Shown here piece after piece: positions 57,605 through 64,000 of a DNA stretch of 64,000 nucleotides. Below the pieces are notes generated by a model. It was not told the origin of the DNA and searched no databases. It saw only the letters and a list, made by a program, of their open reading frames with translations. Each line of letters begins with the position of its first letter. Within the stretch, counting starts at the first letter, position 1. Source of the stretch: Gammaproteobacteria bacterium (GTDB taxonomy: Bacteria > Pseudomonadota > Gammaproteobacteria > JAJPIJ01); the NCBI GenBank assembly GCA_035501935.1, contig DATJVC010000025.1, positions 8,905 to 72,904 of the forward strand, written 5' to 3'. A program made the position numbers and the translations under genes.

Positions 57605-58636
57605 TCACTTCGGCGGCCGTGCGTATGGTTCGAATTGCGGCGTGGCCCGGACTTTGAAATCGCTTTGACCGGTCGCTGTTTCACGGGTAATAAATAGGGC
57701 GGGTATTTTCAGCTTCAAGGCCAGGGCCCAGCCGCGTTCCGGCCCCATCACCATGAGCGCCGTGTCCCACGCGTCCGCCTCCACGGCGATCGGCGCGATC
57801 ACGGAAACCGACGTCAGCGCGTGAGTGACCGGCCGCCCCGTCGCCGGATCGAGGATGTGGGAATAATGCCTGCCATCCTCGTCGAAGTATTGGCGATAGT
57901 CGCCGGCGGTGGACAGCCCTTCCGCGCTCAGACCGACGATCTGCTGCGCCACGCGGCTCGTCTTCAAAGGCTTTTCAATCGCCACGCGCCATGCACCTCC
58001 CTCCGGCCGCTGGCCCCGCGCATACACCGCGCCGCCCAATTCGATGAGGTAATCATCGACGCCCAAACGGCTCAATGCCCGGGCGATTCGGTCCACGGTA
58101 TACCCCGGACCCAGGGAATTCACGTCGATCCGGAGTTCCGGAACATCCTTGCGCAGCGCCGGGGGATCCCGCCGGCTGTGCAAGTGGCCATGACCCACCT
58201 GCAGTCTGGCGCGTTCGATTTCCGCATCCGTTGGGACGCGAAAAACGTGCCGCTGCGGCCCGAATCCCCACAACTCGCTCAACGGCTCCACGGTAATGTC
58301 GTAAGCGCCGTCTGTTTCGCGGCTGACCTGCAAGGCAACGTCGACCAACTCCCGAAGCTCGCCAGATACGGGAAACCAATCCGTGCCTTGGCTGGCATTG
58401 AAACGCGACAGATCGGAATCCGGACGATAGGCGGACATCTCCCGATCGATCCTGGTCAGCACCGTAGTAATCGCCTCTTGCAACACCTCGCGCGTCAGGG
58501 GTTCGGGCGGCTGTGCCAATTTAATGTGATAGGTCGTGCCTTCGGCCGCGCCACTGAAGCTTTCGACCGCGGCGGGGGGATGCCGGTCACATGCCGGAAG
58601 CGTCGGACTCAATCCCAAAACCAGCGTCAGCGGCAT
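57605..58636 (-). CDS. apbE: FAD:protein FMN transferase ApbE
   Basis: Lipobox LPAC. ApbE motifs (GPGYTVDRI, AGDYRQYF..DGR.YSHILDP.TG). Confidence 0.75.
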   Translation of the reverse strand: MPLTLVLGLSPTLPACDRHPPAAVESFSGAAEGTTYHIKLAQPPEPLTREVLQEAITTVLTRIDREMSAYRPDSDLSRFNASQGTDWFPVSGELRELVDVALQVSRETDGAYDITVEPLSELWGFGPQRHVFRVPTDAEIERARLQVGHGHLHSRRDPPALRKDVPELRIDVNSLGPGYTVDRIARALSRLGVDDYLIELGGAVYARGQRPEGGAWRVAIEKPLKTSRVAQQIVGLSAEGLSTAGDYRQYFDEDGRHYSHILDPATGRPVTHALTSVSVIAPIAVEADAWDTALMVMGPERGWALALKLKIPALFITRETATGQSDFKVRATPQFEPYARPPK

Positions 58637-58727
58637 GAACCGGCAGCGCCATTTGCGGTCAGAAACGGTACAATCTTGAGCGCGTGCTATCACTCCGATC
58701 ACCCGGTAAAACTAGGTTCCGTCCCCC

Positions 58728-59708
58728 ATGAATGACACCGTCCCCGTCGCTTCCGATGCCATCACGCAATTGCGCCGCTACATCCAGAGCCGCATCATCG
58801 GTCAGGACAAGCTCATCGACAGCCTGCTCATTGCCCTGCTCGCCGACGGGCATCTGCTCGTTGAAGGCGCGCCGGGACTGGCCAAGACACGCCTCATCAA
58901 GGTACTGGCACAGGGCATCGAGGCCAGTTTTCATCGCATCCAGTTTACACCCGATCTGTTGCCGGCCGACCTGACCGGCACGGAGGTCTTCCAGCCGCAC
59001 GACGGGCAGTTCCGCTTTCAGCAAGGACCACTGTTTCAGAATCTGGTGCTGGCGGATGAAATCAACCGCGCGCCGGCCAAGGTGCAATCGGCGCTGCTGG
59101 AGGCGATGGCCGAACGGCAGATCACGGTGGGCCGCACCACCTACGCCCTGCCCGAACTGTTTATGGTCATGGCCACACAAAACCCTCTCGAACAGGAAGG
59201 CACTTATCCGCTGCCGGAGGCGCAGCTCGATCGTTTCCTGTTATACGTGCGCATAGAGCATCCCGGCATGGAGGAAGAGGCGCGCATCCTGGCGCTGGCG
59301 CGCAGTGAAGCGGCGGCGGATACGGGCCAAACGCATCCGCCTCCCGTCATACCGCAACAGGCCATCTTCGCGGCCCGTCGTTCCGCACTGAGCGTCCATC
59401 TGGCGCCCGCCCTTGAAACGTATCTGCTGCAACTGGTCCAGGCCACCCGCCATCCGGGCGCTTATCACGCCACATTGGAGCGCTGGCTGCGCCACGGCGC
59501 CAGTCCGCGCGCGAGCATCGCGTTGGATCGCTGCTCCCGCGTGCTGGCCTGGCTCCGCGGACGGGATTACGTGACGCCGGAGGACATCCAGATGACGGCG
59601 CCCGACATCCTGCGCCATCGCATCCTCCTCAGCTATGAGGCGGAGGCCGAGCAGGTGAGCCGCGAACACATTATCGGCGAAATCCTGGCGCGCGTAGGGG
59701 TGCCATGA
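58728..59708 (+). CDS. moxR: MoxR-family AAA+ ATPase
   Basis: GAPGLAKT Walker A, ADEINRA Walker B region, ~320 aa. Confidence 0.85.
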   Translation: MNDTVPVASDAITQLRRYIQSRIIGQDKLIDSLLIALLADGHLLVEGAPGLAKTRLIKVLAQGIEASFHRIQFTPDLLPADLTGTEVFQPHDGQFRFQQGPLFQNLVLADEINRAPAKVQSALLEAMAERQITVGRTTYALPELFMVMATQNPLEQEGTYPLPEAQLDRFLLYVRIEHPGMEEEARILALARSEAAADTGQTHPPPVIPQQAIFAARRSALSVHLAPALETYLLQLVQATRHPGAYHATLERWLRHGASPRASIALDRCSRVLAWLRGRDYVTPEDIQMTAPDILRHRILLSYEAEAEQVSREHIIGEILARVGVP

Positions 59709-60604
59709 TGACCGCGCCATTCGCGGTCCGGTTTGAGGAGTTGCTGGCGTTGCGCCATGCCGCCATGCTGCTGCCGGCATGGCACCGTCATCCGCGCGCC
59801 ATGTCGCACGGCCAGCGGTTGTCACCATTCAAGGGCCGCGGCATGGAGTATGAAGAATCACGGTTGTATCAATCCGGCGACGATGCCCGCCGCATGGACT
59901 GGCGGGTGACCGCCCGCACCGGCCGCCCGCACGTCAAGGTATTCCGCGAAGAACGCGAGCAGTCGGTGTGGCTGTGGGTGGACTACCGCCCCGCCATGTT
60001 TTTTGCCACCCGTGGCGCTTTCAAAAACGTACTGGCAGCCAGGATCGCCGCGCTCTATGCCTGGCAGGCGCTGGAACACGGCGATCACGTGGGTGGATGG
60101 GTCATCGGCGCGCATACCGTGCAGGAACAATTACCGCAACGCGGGCGGTCATCGGCTTTGACCCTATTTCATCATTTGGCTCAGGGATCGGCACCCACAA
60201 CGGACAATTCATCCGCGATGATCACGCCGAATTTGCACGCGCAATTTCAACGGGTGCGTCCCGGCAGCCGGGTGGTGATGATCAGCGATTTTCGCGATCT
60301 TCCCGATGTGGAGGCCGCCGTGGAATCGGTGTCGCGGCACAGCCAGGTGGTGTTGTGTTTCTTATACGACCTGCTGGAACAGCGCCTGCCGCCGCCGGGC
60401 CGTTATCCCATGAGCGATGGCGCGCGCCGGATGATGTTACCAACCTACGACGTCGGCCTGGCGCAGGCATATACCAGACGTTTCGCGGCGCGCCAGCAAC
60501 AACTGATACAACTCAGCCGGCGCTGCCAGGCGCGGTTTTATTCCTGCGCCACCACTGACAATCCCCTGTTGGTCCTGCAAGGATCGGAACTTCAGGCGGC
60601 CTAG
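59705..60604 (+). CDS. DUF58 domain protein (MoxR partner)
   Basis: GxEYEESRLYQSGDDARRMDWRVTART signature. Confidence 0.75.
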   Translation: MMTAPFAVRFEELLALRHAAMLLPAWHRHPRAMSHGQRLSPFKGRGMEYEESRLYQSGDDARRMDWRVTARTGRPHVKVFREEREQSVWLWVDYRPAMFFATRGAFKNVLAARIAALYAWQALEHGDHVGGWVIGAHTVQEQLPQRGRSSALTLFHHLAQGSAPTTDNSSAMITPNLHAQFQRVRPGSRVVMISDFRDLPDVEAAVESVSRHSQVVLCFLYDLLEQRLPPPGRYPMSDGARRMMLPTYDVGLAQAYTRRFAARQQQLIQLSRRCQARFYSCATTDNPLLVLQGSELQAA

Positions 60605-60625
60605 ACTCTCCCCGGACTCTCCGCG

Positions 60626-61129
60626 ATGGACCCGGAACAATTACCGCTACGTGACATCCATCTGCCGCCGTCAATTTCCTGGTGGCCGCCGGCGCCCGGC
60701 TGGTGGCTCTTGTTGCTGGTCATTCTCGGCGCCGGCCTGCTGGCAGGGTATTTCTACCGACGTGAGCGATCCGTCCCCTGGCATCGCATCGCGGAACGCG
60801 AGTTGCAGCTAATCCAACAGCGCTACGAATCCACGCGCGACGCGCATATTCTGGTCGGCGAACTGTCCACCCTGCTACGCCGGGTGTGTTTAAGTCTTTA
60901 TCCGCGCCGGATCGTTGCCGGGCTCACGGGCGAAAACTGGCTGGCCTTCCTCGATCAGATGGCAGGCATGGAGGGCTTCCGGCATGGCGGCGGCCGCGTG
61001 CTTGCCACCGCACCCTATCAAGCCGTGATGCCTGTGGATGCGCGGACATTGCTGAGTCTGTGCGCGGCATGGCTGTGCGCGGTCACGCGTCAGTCTGAAA
61101 ACGACGGGCACCGGCGCCCACATGTTTGA
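60626..61129 (+). CDS. DUF4381-like membrane-anchored protein of Bat operons
   Basis: N-terminal TM helix (WWLLLLVILGAGLLAG), position between DUF58 and the vWA genes. Confidence 0.5.
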   Translation: MDPEQLPLRDIHLPPSISWWPPAPGWWLLLLVILGAGLLAGYFYRRERSVPWHRIAERELQLIQQRYESTRDAHILVGELSTLLRRVCLSLYPRRIVAGLTGENWLAFLDQMAGMEGFRHGGGRVLATAPYQAVMPVDARTLLSLCAAWLCAVTRQSENDGHRRPHV

Positions 61130-62117
61130 ATTTGCCTGGCCCTGGCTGTTTCTGATCCTGCCGCTGCCCTGGCTGCTGCGGGCGTGGTTGCCGCCTGTTC
61201 GAGCCGTCCGTGGCACAGCGCTGCGGGTGCCTTTTTTCGATGACTTTCTGCGACTGGAAAAAACCTCCTCGTGGCGCCGCTTCCCATACCTTTTGCTGTT
61301 GATGGCGGCGCTGGCCTGGCTGCTGCTCGTCGCGGCGGCGGCGCGCCCGCAATGGGTGGCCAGTGTGACTGACGTTCCCCTCACCGGCCGGGATTTGCTG
61401 CTCGCAGTCGATCTTTCCCGCAGCATGGAACAAAACGATATGTCGTGGGGCGGCGAGACAGTCGATCGCCTCACTGCCGTCAAGCGGGTGGCCGGTGAGT
61501 TCATCGACCGGCGCGCAGGCGACCGGGTGGGTTTGATACTCTTCGGCGAACGGCCCTATCTGCAGACACCATTGACCTTCGATCGCCAGACGGTGAAGAC
61601 GCTGCTGGATGAGGCGCAAATCGGTATCGCCGGCGACGCCACCGCCATCGGCGACGCCATCGGCCTGGCTCTCAAGCGCCTGCGCAAGGCCGAACACGCC
61701 GACGCCGTGCTGATCCTGCTCACCGACGGCGCCAATACCGCAGGCGAGATCGAACCGTTGCAGGCCGCGGAAATGGCAGCGCGGCAGGGCGTGCGCATCT
61801 ACACCATTGGCATCGGCGCCGAAACCGAAACACGCGGGCTGTTCGGCTTCCTGCAGCGCAATCCGGGACAGGATTTGGACGAAAAAACGCTTACCGCCAT
61901 TGCCGCCGCAACCGGCGGCCGTTATTTCCGCGCCCGCGATTTGGACGAGTTAAGCAAGATTTATCGCGTGCTGGATCAGATCGAGCCCGCCGCCCAGGAT
62001 CCCAAACACTATCGTCCGGTGATGCCGTTATTTTATTTCCCACTGAGCCTGGCGCTGTTGCTGGGCCTGTTGATTTTCATGCGGCAAACCGGTGCGTACC
62101 GTCATGTCCATGACTGA
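61122..62117 (+). CDS. batA: vWA-domain membrane protein (BatA-like)
   Basis: Two N-terminal TM helices, a vWA MIDAS motif DLSRSM...T.IGDAI, and a C-terminal TM. Confidence 0.75.
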   Translation: MFEFAWPWLFLILPLPWLLRAWLPPVRAVRGTALRVPFFDDFLRLEKTSSWRRFPYLLLLMAALAWLLLVAAAARPQWVASVTDVPLTGRDLLLAVDLSRSMEQNDMSWGGETVDRLTAVKRVAGEFIDRRAGDRVGLILFGERPYLQTPLTFDRQTVKTLLDEAQIGIAGDATAIGDAIGLALKRLRKAEHADAVLILLTDGANTAGEIEPLQAAEMAARQGVRIYTIGIGAETETRGLFGFLQRNPGQDLDEKTLTAIAAATGGRYFRARDLDELSKIYRVLDQIEPAAQDPKHYRPVMPLFYFPLSLALLLGLLIFMRQTGAYRHVHD

Positions 62118-63909
62118 ACTGCATTTCCTGCGCCCCTGGTGGTTGCTGGCGCTGTTGCTGCTGCCGCTACTCTGGCGTGTCTGGTCCAGGCTCGGGAGGC
62201 AGCACAGCCCCTGGCAGCGGGTTTGTGACGCCGCGCTGCTGCCCCACGTGTTGGAACGCCCTGCCGGAAGGGAAGAGCGCGGATGGAGGCGCGTTGAATT
62301 ATGGGTGGGTCTGGCGCTGCTGCTTGCCGTCCTTGCGCTGGCCGGTCCGGCCTGGACAAAACTGCCGGTGCCCGTGGCGCGTTCCACAGCCGCACTGGTG
62401 ATCGCGCTGGATCTGTCGCGTTCCATGGATGCCGCCGATCTCCCCCCCAGCCGGCTGACGCGGGCGCGTTTCAAAATCGCCGATATCCTGACGGCACGCC
62501 GCGAAGGACAAACCGCTTTGCTGGTATACGCCGCGCGCCCATTCGTCGTGGCGCCACTGACGGATGACACCGAAACCCTGATGGCGCAATTACCGGCCCT
62601 GACCACCGACATCATGCCGGCGCAGGGCAGCCGCCCCGATCTCGCCCTGCGCAAAGCCGGCGAACTCCTGAGCCAGGCGGGAATTGCCCACGGTGATATC
62701 CTGCTGGTGACGGATGGCGTCCACGCAGACTATGTCGACGCCACGCGAAAAGCCATTTCCAGTCTGCCCCACCGGATTTCCGTCCTGGCTGTGGGGACGG
62801 AAGACGGCGCACCCATTCCTCTCCCGGGCGGCGGTTTCGTCAAGGATGAGTCGGGCAAGATCGTCGTCGCCAGCGTGAATCATGCCGATCTGCGCGCGTT
62901 GTCCGCAGCGGGACGCGGCCTCTATCTCAAGGCCGGCGTCGATGATGGAGACACCCGTGCCTATACCGAATTTCTGCGCGCTTCAGCGCCGATTGGCACG
63001 ACTGCACGAACCGACCTCAATGCGCCACGTTGGTTGGATGCCGGACCATGGCTGCTGCTGCCCCTCCTGCCTCTGGCCGCCCTGACGTTCCGGCGTGGGT
63101 TGTTGCTCGCTGTTTTGTTCATGCTATTTCTGCCCCTGCCAAGGCCCGCGCAGGCCTTCGAATGGGATGATCTCTGGTGGCGTCAGGATCAACAAGCCGC
63201 GCATGCACTGGCACAGGGCGACAATGAACGGGCGGCGGCGGAATTCAATGATCCGCGATGGCGGGCCGCTGCTCATTATCGCGCGCACCATTACCACGAC
63301 GCCCTTCGTGCGCTGACGCAACCGCAGGGCGACGACGATCATTACAACCGTGGCAACGCGCTGGCCCGGCTGGGGCAATTCGAGAATGCCATCGCCGAAT
63401 ATGAGGAAGCGCTGCGATTGAACCCGAAAAACGGTGATGCGCGCTATAACCGCGGGCTGTTGCAAAAAAAACTAAGGAAACAGAAGCAGGAGGAAGGCGG
63501 CGGTAACGGAAACTCATCACCCCGAAAACCCGAAAATAAGAACGAGGCCGGTCATGGCGGGGGCGCTGAGACCGCGCCGGACAAGCAGAATTCCCCGTCT
63601 GCTCAAGCGGGATCTCGGGAGCAGCGCCCGCAATCCGCGCCGCCGGATCAATCGAAAAAGCAGGAAGCCCGGGCAGATCAGGCCGACAAACAAAAAGAAC
63701 AGCAACACGCGCAGGGACAAACCGCCGAACAGAGCGGCGATAAACCATTGCCGGCGCCCAAAAGCGGACATCAGCAAAGTGAAACTTCAATGGCCGATGA
63801 GCAATGGTTGCGGCGCATTCCCGACGATCCAGGCGGGTTGTTGCGCCGCAAGTTCCTGCTGCAATACCGCCAGCAGTCCAAATCCGACACTGAATCTCAG
63901 CCATGGTAG
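62092..63909 (+). CDS. batB: vWA-domain protein fused to TPR repeats and a charged low-complexity tail (BatB/BatC-like fusion)
   Basis: vWA MIDAS DLSRSM. TPR repeats NRGNALARLGQFENAIAEYEEALRLNPKNGDARYNRG. K/E/Q-rich tail. Confidence 0.7.
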   Translation: MRTVMSMTELHFLRPWWLLALLLLPLLWRVWSRLGRQHSPWQRVCDAALLPHVLERPAGREERGWRRVELWVGLALLLAVLALAGPAWTKLPVPVARSTAALVIALDLSRSMDAADLPPSRLTRARFKIADILTARREGQTALLVYAARPFVVAPLTDDTETLMAQLPALTTDIMPAQGSRPDLALRKAGELLSQAGIAHGDILLVTDGVHADYVDATRKAISSLPHRISVLAVGTEDGAPIPLPGGGFVKDESGKIVVASVNHADLRALSAAGRGLYLKAGVDDGDTRAYTEFLRASAPIGTTARTDLNAPRWLDAGPWLLLPLLPLAALTFRRGLLLAVLFMLFLPLPRPAQAFEWDDLWWRQDQQAAHALAQGDNERAAAEFNDPRWRAAAHYRAHHYHDALRALTQPQGDDDHYNRGNALARLGQFENAIAEYEEALRLNPKNGDARYNRGLLQKKLRKQKQEEGGGNGNSSPRKPENKNEAGHGGGAETAPDKQNSPSAQAGSREQRPQSAPPDQSKKQEARADQADKQKEQQHAQGQTAEQSGDKPLPAPKSGHQQSETSMADEQWLRRIPDDPGGLLRRKFLLQYRQQSKSDTESQPW

Positions 63910-64000
63910 GCATCAGCCGACGACTGATGATGGCACTGCTTCTGTGCGGCGCATTGTTCGCGCGTCCTGCGCCGGCGGCGGAAGCCACGGTGGATCAGGA
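63903..64000 (+). CDS. BatD-like protein, 5-prime fragment running off the window (signal peptide only)
   Basis: ATG overlaps the batB stop. MVGISRRLMMALLLCGALFARPAPAAEA signal peptide. Confidence 0.3.
   Translation, partial: MVGISRRLMMALLLCGALFARPAPAAEATVDQ

Overview
GC-rich (~63%) chromosomal segment with gammaproteobacterial synteny: uvrC-pgsA-tRNA Gly/Cys/Leu, ftsK-lolA-rarA...serS, efp with epmA/epmB, and pntAB. Coding density is high, genes often overlap by 1-8 nt, and no transposase or integrase is present. Several accessory or unusual regions sit between the conserved blocks. (1) A bdhA-adc-NDH2-patatin operon lies behind a sigma-54 promoter I read directly from the sequence, with an AcoR-type (GAF-PAS) sigma-54 activator about 3.5 kb away. 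(2) A cNMP-binding/DUF1003 fusion gene and a 16-bp tandem repeat flank that activator. (3) Two tandem monoheme cytochrome c genes are followed by a low-GC (~45%) insertion that truncates an hlyD gene, carries an orphan secreted protein, and ends in a 79-bp tandem duplication encoding a mini-ORF that overlaps the start of a polyamine operon (aguA, DHS-like gene, speA, aguB). (4) A tightly overlapping four-gene operon (amino-acid-kinase-like, PabB-like, hydantoinase-like, ATP-grasp) lies immediately downstream of the tRNA cluster. It looks like a cofactor or small-molecule biosynthesis module of unknown product. (5) A fluoride-responsive locus begins with a fluoride riboswitch (pseudoknot covariation visible). 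It is followed by crcB, DUF190, a CPA antiporter, uspA, a second crcB and a second DUF190, and it is inserted between serS and rarA. (6) A MoxR-DUF58-DUF4381-vWA-vWA/TPR (Bat-like) operon runs off the window end. Coordinates of non-coding features were read by eye and may be off by 1-2 nt. CDS coordinates follow the supplied ORF track with start codons re-chosen where homology or an RBS suggested it.
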